Shown here piece by piece: positions 9,657 to 19,149 of a DNA stretch of 28,490 nt; position 1 is the first letter of the stretch; the number at the start of each line of letters is the position of its first letter. The notes beneath the pieces are model-generated. The model was not told the origin of the DNA and did not search any database. It saw nothing but the letters and a program-made list of their open reading frames with translations. Position numbers and translations under genes: made by a program. Origin of the DNA: a virus (lineage: Duplodnaviria > Heunggongvirae > Uroviricota > Caudoviricetes); IMG/VR virus record IMGVR_UViG_2585427739_000003; one strand, 5' to 3'.

Positions 9657-10256
9657 TTATGCATTAAGAAGGGTCAAAAGGCGCTCACGCGCCATTCGTT
9701 CATTAACAGCTTTCTTCAGCGCACCACTCGCCCGCGCTTCCTGCCAGGCTTTCATTGAGCGGACACCGGAGTCTGCGTCCTGATAGGCCGGATATGTCAC
9801 CGGGCTGACGTCATACAGACGAGAAATGCGCGTGATTTCCCGGATAACAATCCCCTCGTCGTCTTCATACCAGCTCTCTCCGTCACGGGCGACACGAAAC
9901 GCGAACGAGGACTGGTTAATGTCACCACGCAACATTGGAGACAGCACCAGGTCACAAATAGTCGGAGTATCCGGTGCAACAATGTCATAACGTAAACCGC
10001 GTTCATCCACCGACAATGACAATGTGCCGGCAGAACTTCGTCCGAGAATGAAATTAGGATCATGATTAAACAAGCCACGTACATCATCATTCAGTACATC
10101 ATCAAAAGCCCCCGGCTTGATGATTTCACGAAATCCCCACAGAGGTTCTGAACGACTGTTAAATACCGAGCCATACCCCAGAATGTGGGTCGGGGCATTA
10201 TCATATTGTTCCGCCCGCACCTCCCCGCTGTAACAGCGCGTTTCACGGTCATTCAT
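9657..10256 (-). CDS. HK97-family prohead protease
   Basis: 199-aa ORF between portal and capsid genes. Confidence 0.8.
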   Translation of the reverse strand: MNDRETRCYSGEVRAEQYDNAPTHILGYGSVFNSRSEPLWGFREIIKPGAFDDVLNDDVRGLFNHDPNFILGRSSAGTLSLSVDERGLRYDIVAPDTPTICDLVLSPMLRGDINQSSFAFRVARDGESWYEDDEGIVIREITRISRLYDVSPVTYPAYQDADSGVRSMKAWQEARASGALKKAVNERMARERLLTLLNA

Positions 10257-11475
10257 CGTTCTTTTCCTCTTTGCCTTTCGTATCTTTAAAGTTATTCAAC
10301 GGATTTGCTGCATTTACGCTGACCAGCATTTCATCCAGACCGTCAACCGGGTTCATATCCTCAAATGCCCTGGCTTCATTCCGACTCATCCAGCCATCTG
10401 TAATGGCAAAGTGATAGAACTGCGCACGCTCCTGTGGGGTCCCACGGAGCAACCCCGTGAGGTTGAAACGAACGTAATACCCGGCAGCCCGTTCTGTACG
10501 GGTAAACAGGCGACGGTTAAGCTCCTGCTCCCAGTTCGCAACCCAGGGCATCATCGTGTAGCGAACAAACTGAATCGCCTGCTGCGTAATATTCGAAAAT
10601 GTGGCTTTTTCCAGGTCATTAATCATGTGCGCCGGGACATTAAAAATCCCTGCAATCATCGACCTGTTCAGCTTGGTCATATCAATGATCTGAGCATCCA
10701 CCGGAGAAACTGTCAGAGCGCGGTAATCCAGTTGCGCAGGCAACAGCATGGTTTTATTTTCCTGGCTGCGAAGCGCTGTCACCGCCCGCTGCCACATATT
10801 TTTAAGCCTGCCCCAGCTCTGTTCGTTCAGTTCATTTTTCACAGAAATAATACCGGCAGGACGGGCATTACCGTTAAAAAAGGCGCTGGTATACTGCTGG
10901 CCACTCATTCCCATACCAATGGTTTCAGCATGCTGCATGATCGGGCTCAGTCCCATTTTCTGATTGTTTCCCAGCGCCCTGATATGGATCATGTCGTCCG
11001 GACTTACCGCAAATGCACCCTCTTCGTTATACACCCCGTAAGTATGACGCCCACCGGTGTTAAGTAACGTGGTTTCCCATGGCATACAGCATTCAAGGCT
11101 GGTAACCTCTCCACGACGATTACGTTTTACCCACGTATAACCATTGCCCCACCCCAGCACATGACGCTGCTTCAGTTCCCGCCACTTATAGCTGGTCTGC
11201 CAGGCATTAGGTTCATCATGAACGAGCCAGAACAACGGATGATCGCGTGCAGGCTGAACATGCTCATTCGTTTTTCGCATCACATGCAGGGGCATCTGAG
11301 CCACACTGGATGAAATAACATAAATACAGGCATAGACAGCAGCCAGCTTCATGGATGTTTCCGGACTGACATACACATCCCGGGCAAAAATATTATCCGT
11401 CTCAGCGGCCTCTCCGGTTACCGGAACCGAGGGATTTTCCAGAGGCTCACTGCGAAACAGAGCATCAAGAAGCAT
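10249..11475 (-). CDS. Portal protein (HK97 family)
   Basis: 408-aa ORF following the terminase large subunit. Confidence 0.85.
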   Translation of the reverse strand: MLLDALFRSEPLENPSVPVTGEAAETDNIFARDVYVSPETSMKLAAVYACIYVISSSVAQMPLHVMRKTNEHVQPARDHPLFWLVHDEPNAWQTSYKWRELKQRHVLGWGNGYTWVKRNRRGEVTSLECCMPWETTLLNTGGRHTYGVYNEEGAFAVSPDDMIHIRALGNNQKMGLSPIMQHAETIGMGMSGQQYTSAFFNGNARPAGIISVKNELNEQSWGRLKNMWQRAVTALRSQENKTMLLPAQLDYRALTVSPVDAQIIDMTKLNRSMIAGIFNVPAHMINDLEKATFSNITQQAIQFVRYTMMPWVANWEQELNRRLFTRTERAAGYYVRFNLTGLLRGTPQERAQFYHFAITDGWMSRNEARAFEDMNPVDGLDEMLVSVNAANPLNNFKDTKGKEEKNDE

Positions 11476-11605
11476 GTTTTCTCCTCATGGACACCACCAG
11501 TGCATAAAGCAGCAACAAACAGCCCGACAGCATCAGAGACGCTGGCAGACCTGCATACAGATAAACGCCAGCAGTGAGCAAACCGAAACCGATCAGCCCG
11601 GTCAT
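11465..11605 (-). CDS. Possible small hydrophobic protein (about 46 aa) between terminase and portal
   Basis: Hand-translated ORF MTGLIGFGLLTAGVYLYAGLPASLMLSGCLLLLYALVVSMRRKHAS, overlapping the portal start. Not in the ORF track (under 60 aa) and no ribosome-binding site checked. Confidence 0.3.
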   Translation of the reverse strand: MTGLIGFGLLTAGVYLYAGLPASLMLSGCLLLLYALVVSMRRKHAS

Positions 11606-11622
11606 ATCAGTAATAAGCTGTT

Positions 11623-13380
11623 TCACAGAATTAACAGGTCCTCATCAGGATCAAGCGTGGACAGAAAGTCATTCACGCCCCCGCCATTTACCAGAAAGCG
11701 GCTCATGGCCGTAAAAAGCGCAACAGGGCCGTCGATTTTGGCTTCAGGCGTGGATTTATTCGGGAAGATGTTGTCGTTTTTGTCCGGTTTTACCGTAACG
11801 TTAGACATCATCCAGTTCATGACCGGATGATTGCTGTGATGGAAACGCCCGGCATAAACCAGTGATTCCGTTTCCTTCATGGCCTCTGACAGATTGCGGA
11901 CCGTCTGCGGAACCTCCACCAGCGGTATCCCTTCTTCAGCCAGTGCCAGGCTGAACTGCATTGCGCTCCACGGGTCAAATCCCAGTTCCCTGAGGTTTTC
12001 ACCGCCAATCCATTCCAGTAAGTCACTTTTTATCTGAGCATGATCGATAACATCACCATCCGTCAGGATGAGCTTATCCATCTCCGCCCACTTCCGGTAA
12101 AGTTCTGCCTGCTGCCGCGAGCATCGCTCCAGCCGTCCTTCCGGAAGCCAGAATTTAAAATCAGCATGAACATGTCCGTTATCGGTTCGCCAGAGTTTTG
12201 CCGCCGCACAGATATCAATCTTATGAGCAAGGTCGACGCCGACCCACATGGGATATGTTTTCAGCTCATGTTGTGGAGCAATGTATTCGCACTTCTCCCA
12301 CTTAATCATATCCATCCAGGCAGATTCGGCAGTGACCCACACATTCATGTGTTTGGTAAAAAAATTCACCCGCGCAGAGACCTGCTCCTTCGCTTTTTTC
12401 GCCAGACGACGCAGATCATCCCAGCGTTTACAGATGCCCAGGCCAGGATTCGCTTTCTGCCAGACCGTTTCATCAAACGGATCATCTCCCTCATCGAGCG
12501 TGTAAATGATCGCAAAGTAGGAGTCGTCTTTTACCGCGCCCTCCACGTCGCTGTTATAGCCTCGCAATACCTTAATGGCGTAATCGCGCTGCTCGTAGCA
12601 AATCCCTTCCTTGTTAAAGCCAGCCGTGGTGATGCCAAATAACAGAGACTGCAGACGGGCACCGGTTGCCGTTTCCAGAACGTCCCACACGTCACGGGTT
12701 TTATGAGCATGCAGCTCATCAATAATGGCGCAGTGGATGTTCAGACCGTCCAGGTTGTTTGCATCCGAGGAAAGCGGTTCAAATTTTGATGCGCTCTGCT
12801 CCTGGTAAATCGCCAGCTTGTTGAAATCAAACAACCGCCCGAGTGTCGACCGGGCTTTTCTGACCATATTTTTGGCGTCTTCAAACACAATTCTGGCCTG
12901 GTCACGCGTGGTTGCGGCTGAATACACCTCAGCCCCGCCTTCACCATCTGCCCCCGTCATATACAGACCGATACCCGATGACAGGGTTGATTTTGCGTTT
13001 TTACGGGCAACTTCGTTGTATGCTGTCCGGAACCGGCGCACCATCACCGGGCGTCCACTGCCATCGCTGCGCATGACAACTTCCCCGGTTTCTTCATTCA
13101 CCAGCGGAATGACAAAACCAAAAATATTAATGAGGATAAACACATGCCAGTCCATCAACTCAATGGGCTGACCTGCCAGCGCCCCTTTCACATGGGGTAC
13201 AAATTTGTAGAAATTAAGGATGTGCTGTGCACGGGGTTCACTGAAATAAATCCCCCGCTCTTCGCCGTACTTCAGATCATCAAGAAAACGCTGGCAGGCC
13301 AGACGGACAAATTCGCCAGCAACAATTTCTCCTGCAACAACACGTTCGGCGTAGCGGATCCCGTCAGCCACTTTTGCCAT
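11623..13380 (-). CDS. Terminase large subunit
   Basis: 585-aa ORF downstream of the small subunit, with stop/start overlap to it. Confidence 0.9.
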   Translation of the reverse strand: MAKVADGIRYAERVVAGEIVAGEFVRLACQRFLDDLKYGEERGIYFSEPRAQHILNFYKFVPHVKGALAGQPIELMDWHVFILINIFGFVIPLVNEETGEVVMRSDGSGRPVMVRRFRTAYNEVARKNAKSTLSSGIGLYMTGADGEGGAEVYSAATTRDQARIVFEDAKNMVRKARSTLGRLFDFNKLAIYQEQSASKFEPLSSDANNLDGLNIHCAIIDELHAHKTRDVWDVLETATGARLQSLLFGITTAGFNKEGICYEQRDYAIKVLRGYNSDVEGAVKDDSYFAIIYTLDEGDDPFDETVWQKANPGLGICKRWDDLRRLAKKAKEQVSARVNFFTKHMNVWVTAESAWMDMIKWEKCEYIAPQHELKTYPMWVGVDLAHKIDICAAAKLWRTDNGHVHADFKFWLPEGRLERCSRQQAELYRKWAEMDKLILTDGDVIDHAQIKSDLLEWIGGENLRELGFDPWSAMQFSLALAEEGIPLVEVPQTVRNLSEAMKETESLVYAGRFHHSNHPVMNWMMSNVTVKPDKNDNIFPNKSTPEAKIDGPVALFTAMSRFLVNGGGVNDFLSTLDPDEDLLIL

Positions 13381-13862
13381 CAGTCTCTCGCTTTTAAAAG
13401 CTCTGCCAGCGGATCAACATCATCCGGTCCGGCGGTATTTACTTTCGCCCGGCTTGCCGGTGACATACCAAACTCTGCAAGCATCGCCCGAATCCGCTTC
13501 CAGGCATCAGCCTTCATCGCAGCAGCCGGGTGTGCCTTGATCAGCACATCGCCATTCTGCGTTTCCGTGCGGTAGGTATAACCCTCAACATCGAGTATTT
13601 CGCAGTGATGCCGGTATTCGGTGTAGGCTTCCACCAGTAACTCGAGCGCACGTGCATCGAGCTGAGAAATGATCCCTTCCGCATTCAGCTCTTCCGCCAT
13701 TCGCCTGAACCAGTACTTCCCCTGCGCCCCTAAATGTTGCGGAATTTTAGGGAGACCTTTTTCATCCTTTTTAGCGGTTTTTTTGGAGTCTTTAACTGGC
13801 CGCTTTGAGGGGTTACCTCGTATCAAATGCAGGCGTGGCGGGGTTTTCGGGGGTCCAGACAT
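13380..13862 (-). CDS. Terminase small subunit (P27-like)
   Basis: 160-aa ORF with a basic N-terminus, immediately upstream of the large subunit. Confidence 0.75.
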   Translation of the reverse strand: MSGPPKTPPRLHLIRGNPSKRPVKDSKKTAKKDEKGLPKIPQHLGAQGKYWFRRMAEELNAEGIISQLDARALELLVEAYTEYRHHCEILDVEGYTYRTETQNGDVLIKAHPAAAMKADAWKRIRAMLAEFGMSPASRAKVNTAGPDDVDPLAELLKARD

Positions 13863-14009
13863 AATCGGTTTTACCTATCAATCATTTAATCACATTCCAA
13901 AAAAAAGTTTTCGAACCTGCGGCGATGCGAGGAAAGGTCAGGCGGCGGTACTGAGCAGCCAGGGTTGCAGAGATTTGGCCTGCCCCTCCCCTACAGATGG
14001 GAACTGTTA

Positions 14010-14360
14010 TCAATTGATGCGTTCGCGCGCTGTTTTTGCTTTATGACAGGGCCAGCACAGACTCTGCAGGTTACTGTCTGCATCCGTGCCACCATGAGCT
14101 TTCGGAATGATGTGGTCCACAGTTCTGGCTTCAACGGCTCTCCCATTGCGCAGGCAGTTCTGACACAGATGATTATCACGCTTCAGTATGCGCGCACGTA
14201 TGGCATCCCATTTCGAGCCATAGCCACGCTGGTGGCGGCTCAGTCCGCGTTGATGCTGTACCCATCCTTCGCCACGATGTTTATCGCAGTAACCAGAACT
14301 GTCTGTGGTTGTACCTGCACATCCACGCTTACGGCAGGCGCGTGGGATTCGTGGGGGCAT
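14010..14360 (-). CDS. HNH endonuclease (terminase-associated)
   Basis: Cys-rich protein with DHIIPKAHGGTD...N...LCWPCH HNH motif. Start moved to the internal ATG at 14360, which has a GGAG ribosome-binding site. Confidence 0.8.
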   Translation of the reverse strand: MPPRIPRACRKRGCAGTTTDSSGYCDKHRGEGWVQHQRGLSRHQRGYGSKWDAIRARILKRDNHLCQNCLRNGRAVEARTVDHIIPKAHGGTDADSNLQSLCWPCHKAKTARERIN

Positions 14361-14885
14361 ATGTACTCCAATGAAGAAGCCACCGACATAGCCTCCTCCA
14401 TTCATAGTGAAACTATTTTCATCTACCCAGTAATGAATTCTTTGTAGAGTTGTGATCAATACAACTCACTAATGGAGAGGCTTTTTCCACACGTTGGGCA
14501 AGTTTCCTGTTTGATTTACTGGACACTATAGAAGGACAGAATGCCTTCATCACTCGAATAACATCAATTAAGGAGGTTCAACATGTTTCATTCCACAAAT
14601 CATCAGGCTGTAATTATGGCTGCATCAGCTTGTGCCACAGACCTTTTCCGCTTCACTTTGAGCCTGATTCATTTCTACCTGACCGGCTCGCCTCTATCTT
14701 TTTAATCCCCGCTTTATCCAAATTGCATTGCCAGAATGCCGACAACAGACTGACATTCAAATCCTGACTACCTCCGATAGGCTGAGCATCCACCTATATA
14801 GTTTTAATTTTCATCAATCCATTTAACTATCGTTTAATTGTTGTCACATAGGATTCTGCCGTTTTTAACAATGCAGGATAATAAG

Positions 14886-15179
14886 ATGAAAAAAATGTTG
14901 TTTTCTGCCGCTCTGGCAATGCTTATTACAGGATGTGCTCAACAGACGTTTACTGTTGGAAACAAACCGACAGCAGTAACACCAAAGGAAACCATCACCC
15001 ATCATTTCTTCGTTTCGGGAATTGGACAGGAGAAAACTGTTGATGCAGCCAAAATTTGTGGCGGCGCAGAAAATGTTGTTAAAACAGAAACCCAGCAAAC
15101 ATTCGTAAATGGATTTCTCGGTTTTATTACTTTAGGCATTTATACTCCACTGGAAGCGCGTGTGTATTGCTCACAATAA
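14886..15179 (+). CDS. bor: Bor outer-membrane lipoprotein
   Basis: MKKMLFSAALAMLITGCAQQTFTV...LEARVYCSQ closely resembles lambda Bor, with lipobox LITGC. On the strand opposite the late genes, next to Rz, as in lambda. Confidence 0.9.
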   Translation: MKKMLFSAALAMLITGCAQQTFTVGNKPTAVTPKETITHHFFVSGIGQEKTVDAAKICGGAENVVKTETQQTFVNGFLGFITLGIYTPLEARVYCSQ

Positions 15180-15210
15180 TTGCATGAGTTGCCCATCGAT
15201 ATGGGCAGCT

Positions 15211-15687
15211 CTATCTGCACTGCTCATTAATATACTTCTGGGTTCCTTCCAGTTGTTTTTGCATAGTGATCAGCCTCTCTCTGAGGGTGAAATAATCCCG
15301 TTCAGCGGTGTCTGCCAGTCGGGGGCTGGTTGCATTATCCACGCCGGAGGCGGTGGTGGCTTCACGCACTGACTGACAGACTGCTTTGATGTGCAACCGA
15401 CGACGACCAGCGGCAACATCAGCGCGCAGAGTTTCATTTTCAGCTTTCGCATTGGCTAATTCTCTCGAGTACTTTGCATCGAGTGCAGCAACATCACGCT
15501 GACGCTGCTGCATGTCAGCGATGGTGGCGATCGACTGCTTCAGCTCACTGACTTTTTTATCACGCTGTTCTTTGTAGGCGATGGCGTTATCACGGTAATG
15601 ATTGACCGCCCACGACAGGCAGACGATGATGCAGATAACCAAAGCATAAATAATCGCGGCGACTCTGCTCACTGCTCTATCCCCCAA
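15211..15687 (-). CDS. Rz: Rz inner-membrane spanin
   Basis: Near-identical to lambda Rz over most of its length (...[25 protein letters not shown]...[13 protein letters not shown]). Confidence 0.9.
   Translation of the reverse strand: MGDRAVSRVAAIIYALVICIIVCLSWAVNHYRDNAIAYKEQRDKKVSELKQSIATIADMQQRQRDVAALDAKYSRELANAKAENETLRADVAAGRRRLHIKAVCQSVREATTASGVDNATSPRLADTAERDYFTLRERLITMQKQLEGTQKYINEQCR
15270..15452 (-). CDS. Rz1: Rz1 outer-membrane spanin lipoprotein, embedded in the Rz +1 frame
   Basis: 60-aa ORF ...[31 protein letters not shown]... matching lambda Rz1, with lipobox and proline-rich segment. Confidence 0.85.
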   Translation of the reverse strand: MRKLKMKLCALMLPLVVVGCTSKQSVSQCVKPPPPPAWIMQPAPDWQTPLNGIISPSERG

Positions 15688-16202
15688 CAGGCTAATGCGC
15701 TTTCCTGGTCACGACGAATAACCTGTCCATAGCAGTTATTTGAACGTATGCGGCAATCGCGCCCACCATCTTTTATCCACCAGCGAATCGCCTCGCATGC
15801 GCCCTTACGATCACCGGCATTCAGCCGCTTATAAAACGTCGACGGGAAACACTTACCGGGGCCAATGTTATAGGGACAGAATGACGCTATACCCGCTTTT
15901 TGTGGTTCGGTCAGTGGTACTTTAATATTGCGCTCCACCCATGCCAGCGCCTTATCACGCTCAATGGCGTTGACCTGGTCGCATTTTTCCTTCGACAGTT
16001 TCATACCGGGAAAAACGGGTTTTCCATCCACCATCGTGGCCCCCCGACAGATGGTCCAGATGCCGGACCCATCGCGGTATGCCGTTGTGTGGTTACCTTC
16101 TTTTTCATCCAGAAACTGGTCGAGAATATCAGGCGCGGGCGCACCGACGGCAATCAGTGCCAGAACGGCAGCCGACAGGCCGTATCTGATTTTTGCGTTC
16201 AT
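15669..16202 (-). CDS. SAR endolysin (T4-type lysozyme with an N-terminal signal-arrest-release segment)
   Basis: N-terminal Gly/Ala-rich weakly hydrophobic segment ([17 protein letters not shown]) followed by an E...D...T catalytic triad motif ([17 protein letters not shown]). Confidence 0.85.
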   Translation of the reverse strand: MNAKIRYGLSAAVLALIAVGAPAPDILDQFLDEKEGNHTTAYRDGSGIWTICRGATMVDGKPVFPGMKLSKEKCDQVNAIERDKALAWVERNIKVPLTEPQKAGIASFCPYNIGPGKCFPSTFYKRLNAGDRKGACEAIRWWIKDGGRDCRIRSNNCYGQVIRRDQESALACWGIEQ

Positions 16203-16265
16203 GGATATTTATCAGGATTTATCGGTTTCTGCCCACGGACAGGTTTATCTGTTCCGGTCAGTGAC

Positions 16266-16616
16266 TTAAGGTTGTGATTCCGGAGGAGTCTTCAGAGAAC
16301 CAGTAATTCTTCCCGGTAGCTTTCCTTTGTAGGTTATCCATACATTCTGCGCCTCTAAAATTACGGGGCGCTTTTCCGGCGACTGCTCATCCCCTTCACA
16401 TAACCCGGCAGCAACATCCAGGAAGACCTGTCTGATGCTCCTTCTGGCTGCTGCCTCATAAAACTCCAGCGCGGCACCTTCAACACGGTCCAGCGAGATG
16501 TCCAGGTCAAAAATTTCACCGTCAAAGCGTTTTTTGTCCCGTAACGCTAAAGTTACCGTAACTTTATTCTCAAAATTGCGGATCCCTTTCACAATCAGTT
16601 CATAGTTTTGAGTCAT
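16266..16616 (-). CDS. Uncharacterised protein encoded between holin and endolysin (YdfR-like)
   Basis: 116-aa ORF in the same position as ydfR between holin and lysozyme in E. coli cryptic prophage Qin; family assignment is from memory. Confidence 0.5.
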   Translation of the reverse strand: MTQNYELIVKGIRNFENKVTVTLALRDKKRFDGEIFDLDISLDRVEGAALEFYEAAARRSIRQVFLDVAAGLCEGDEQSPEKRPVILEAQNVWITYKGKLPGRITGSLKTPPESQP

Positions 16617-16620
16617 TGAA

Positions 16621-16836
16621 TTACTCTCCCCGTGCCGCCTTACGACGGTCCTCTCTGATTTTGAAATACAGGTTAGTCAGATATGTCAGCAGCCCAAACA
16701 GCAGACTCCCCAGCACGCCTATTGCCGCCCACTGAGACGGGGAAACCCTGTCCAGCAACTGCAGGAACCAGTAGCCCGTTCCCACCGCTGACGTGGTGTA
16801 TGACACACCTGTTGTGATTTTTTCCATCTGGTCCAT
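16621..16836 (-). CDS. Class II pinholin (phage 21 S-like) with a dual-start motif
   Basis: [71 protein letters not shown] resembles S21. Met1 and Met4 give the holin/antiholin pair. Confidence 0.85.
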   Translation of the reverse strand: MDQMEKITTGVSYTTSAVGTGYWFLQLLDRVSPSQWAAIGVLGSLLFGLLTYLTNLYFKIREDRRKAARGE

Positions 16837-17143
16837 ACCCCGTCTCCCGTTATCCGGAAGCTGACAACAATAAAAAAGCCACCAGTTAACTACTGATGGC
16901 TCTGATAACTCATGCAAGCGTCTCAGACGATCCACTGACACTACCGGTGAGTTTAACGATACCTTCCATTTGACTGGCTCACTTTTTATGATGATGCCGG
17001 TACATTTATCTCCAGCACCAGACTTTCTATCTCAACGCCATACGTTGCATTTTTGGTAATATCCGTCAGCGTCAGTGCATTTAGTCCCACTGCCAGACTG
17101 TCCTTTATGGCCTAGAATGCCGGGCCAGTACGATGACGTAGTA

Positions 17144-17332
17144 TCACTCCGGCTCAGTTGCACCACTGACCACCACATCACCTTCTGCTGCAATCGCCTG
17201 CATCAGGGTATAAGGGGTTATGGCCACCGGACTACCAAACGGCTGCCAGCCCTCTTTCAGTTTATGTGTCAGCTTTTCCGCAAGATCTGACGGCGGCGCC
17301 GCCCTGACAACATCATAGTGTTTAAATGCCAT
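17144..17332 (-). CDS. Hypothetical small protein upstream of the holin
   Basis: ORF track 17144..17347; start placed at the internal Met MAFKHYDVV... Function unknown. Confidence 0.45.
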   Translation of the reverse strand: MAFKHYDVVRAAPPSDLAEKLTHKLKEGWQPFGSPVAITPYTLMQAIAAEGDVVVSGATEPE

Positions 17333-17591
17333 GGTTCTTTCCACCATCTGAAAAATAATTCTTTAAAATACCTGACATGTAATACAGAAAAAACACAAAA
17401 CCATACCTTAAATAAAAACCTGATTATCAAGCAGATATGCATGGATAAACTACAAGACGAGATATAAACCACCCTGTATTTAAATAAACAATAAACAACA
17501 TCAGAAAAATAATTCTGCTCTATGGTTTAATTCAAAAATATCATTTATACTTTTCAGAACATCACCAGCAAGGCATAAACAAGGAAAGTAA

Positions 17592-17927
17592 ATGAAGTGG
17601 ATTGTGATTGATACAGTTATCCAGCCATCATGCGGAATATCTTTTTCAGTCATATGGAGTAAAATAAAATTAATAATCTGGTATCAATCGGATGCTTTCT
17701 TACCTCCTGAAAGTATATTTACACTGACTCACACAGGCATCATGCTCAATAACAAAGTGCTACCTGTAACCATTTACAACGTAGTACCATTCAATAAAAC
17801 ATTCTGGAATTTAATCAAAAACAGCCAGGAATGCCCTACAAATACAGATAACGTAATGAATGAATGCTTTAATAACCGTTGCACTCTGCAAATATGTCCT
17901 TATGGACTAAAACAACAAAGTCCATAA
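17592..17927 (+). CDS. Hypothetical protein in an AT-rich cargo island, Cys-rich C-terminus
   Basis: 111-aa ORF with AAGGAAAG ribosome-binding site before the ATG, AT-rich upstream region with promoter-like hexamers, and a perfect hairpin downstream. It is transcribed against the late operon. Confidence 0.5.
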   Translation: MKWIVIDTVIQPSCGISFSVIWSKIKLIIWYQSDAFLPPESIFTLTHTGIMLNNKVLPVTIYNVVPFNKTFWNLIKNSQECPTNTDNVMNECFNNRCTLQICPYGLKQQSP

Positions 17928-18374
17928 GGAGTTTACTCACATCTGACAAAATCAATATAAACAGCCCCTCCGGAGAGGGGCTGGAGAGTGGCGCTATGTG
18001 CCATTGCATGGTGCCGGGTGCCTCCCGGTGAATTCAGTACCAGCACCTGAATTCGCGATTATCCCATATACCTACTCGCTGATTGCCCCTCCGCACAGGG
18101 GGATTCACCATGCCAGTTTCTTTTAACAAACTCCCCGCAAACCAGACAACAGTCAACCGCCTGAATTGTGAAGTATTTAAAAATTTCTCCCGCTAACTGA
18201 TACCCGGCTAACAGTCTGGCGTTTTCTTTTTCAGCAACGGGAAAGCAACAACCACCACCCCCGCCACCAGCACACCGTCAGCCAGCACTGACATTATCCG
18301 GCTGCTGCAATGCCACTCACAAAAACAGTAAGCAATCACTTTTTACCGTAACAAGTGATAATCCAGATATGTAT

Positions 18375-18728
18375 CTACCCCAGATGAGTAATCCGAAGTT
18401 CATCCATACCACAGGTACTGGCTATTCTGTTGTACTCCTGAACAAGAGCAAATAATTCTGAATTAGCAACCATGAACTCATCGCAAACCCTCTGTATAGC
18501 ATCACTATTCAGAATAATAACGTCTCTTCCCGAAAGACGATCAGGAGTACAGAACAAAACTGTCAAACGGCTGAAGGCCTTTGCTCGTCCTGCATTGACT
18601 ATATCAATACGCTGCCTAAGGATGAAACACCCCGACGCCTCATCAATATTCACTCTACCCACACCATATGAATGATAAATATTTAATGCTGAAAAAACCA
18701 TTAGACCGTATAACAAACACTCAATCAA
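18375..18728 (-). CDS. Hypothetical protein (weak gene model)
   Basis: 117-aa ORF with a TTG start and no convincing ribosome-binding site, in the position occupied by stx in Stx phages. Confidence 0.25.
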   Translation of the reverse strand: MIECLLYGLMVFSALNIYHSYGVGRVNIDEASGCFILRQRIDIVNAGRAKAFSRLTVLFCTPDRLSGRDVIILNSDAIQRVCDEFMVANSELFALVQEYNRIASTCGMDELRITHLG

Positions 18729-18841
18729 TACTTAACAGAACTTTTATTTTTGACAAACATAAAATATTTTCAACAATATCCTGAGCCAGGTATATTTCAG
18801 TATAAGGCTCTGCCGGAAGGAATCTGGAAGAATGAATATAG

Positions 18842-18915
18842 CGCGCTGTACTGGATTCGAACCAGTGACCGATTGCTTAGAAGGCAATTGCTCTGTCCGG
18901 CTGAGCTAACAACGC
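18842..18915 (-). tRNA. tRNA-Arg (anticodon UCU), 3' CCA not encoded
   Basis: Hand-folded cloverleaf: 7-bp acceptor stem GCGTTGT/ACAGCGC, GTTCGAATCC T-arm, anticodon loop CTTCTAA. Resembles the argN/argO tRNAs of lambdoid Stx phages. Confidence 0.75.
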
Positions 18916-19015
18916 TGAATACCGATAATGGACCGCCATCGGGGACCCGCCCCCGCACCAACAACCCTGTTATCGTGTCGTCTGCTCTTCCTGATAAGCT
19001 AATGGCGGTTTGTGA

Positions 19016-19091
19016 TGGTGGCCCTTGCTGGATTTGAACCAGCGACCTGGCGATTATGAGTCGCTCGCTCTCACCACTGAGCTAAAGGGCC
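19016..19091 (-). tRNA. tRNA-Ile2-like (anticodon CAU), with encoded CCA
   Basis: GGCCCTTTAGCTCAGTGGTGAGAGCGAGCGACTCATAATCGCC...GGTTCAAATCC...GGGCCACCA resembles E. coli tRNA-Ile2 (ileX) and the ileZ tRNA of Stx phages. Confidence 0.8.
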
Positions 19092-19120
19092 GGGAGCAGA
19101 ATAATAACGGTCCGTAATTA

Positions 19121-19147
19121 ATTCCGCAATAAAAAACCCGCTCGGCG
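19121..19147 (-). terminator. Candidate tR' terminator downstream of the late promoter
   Basis: Minus strand reads AACCCGCCGCCGAGCGGGTT followed by TTTTTTATT, about 90 nt downstream of the Q stop. Confidence 0.5.
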
Positions 19148-19149
19148 GC

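Noticed and set aside
12040-13575. Plus-strand ORFs up to 200 aa overlapping the terminase large subunit
   Set aside because: Antisense to the terminase gene, which is confidently coding.
17350-18840. Shiga toxin or other recognisable virulence cargo between the tRNAs and the holin
   Set aside because: No ORF here resembles StxA/StxB or any toxin family I recognise; only unassigned ORFs and hairpins are present.
18750-19037. 95-aa plus-strand ORF
   Set aside because: It overlaps both tRNA genes on the opposite strand and has no start signals; the tRNA interpretation explains the sequence better.
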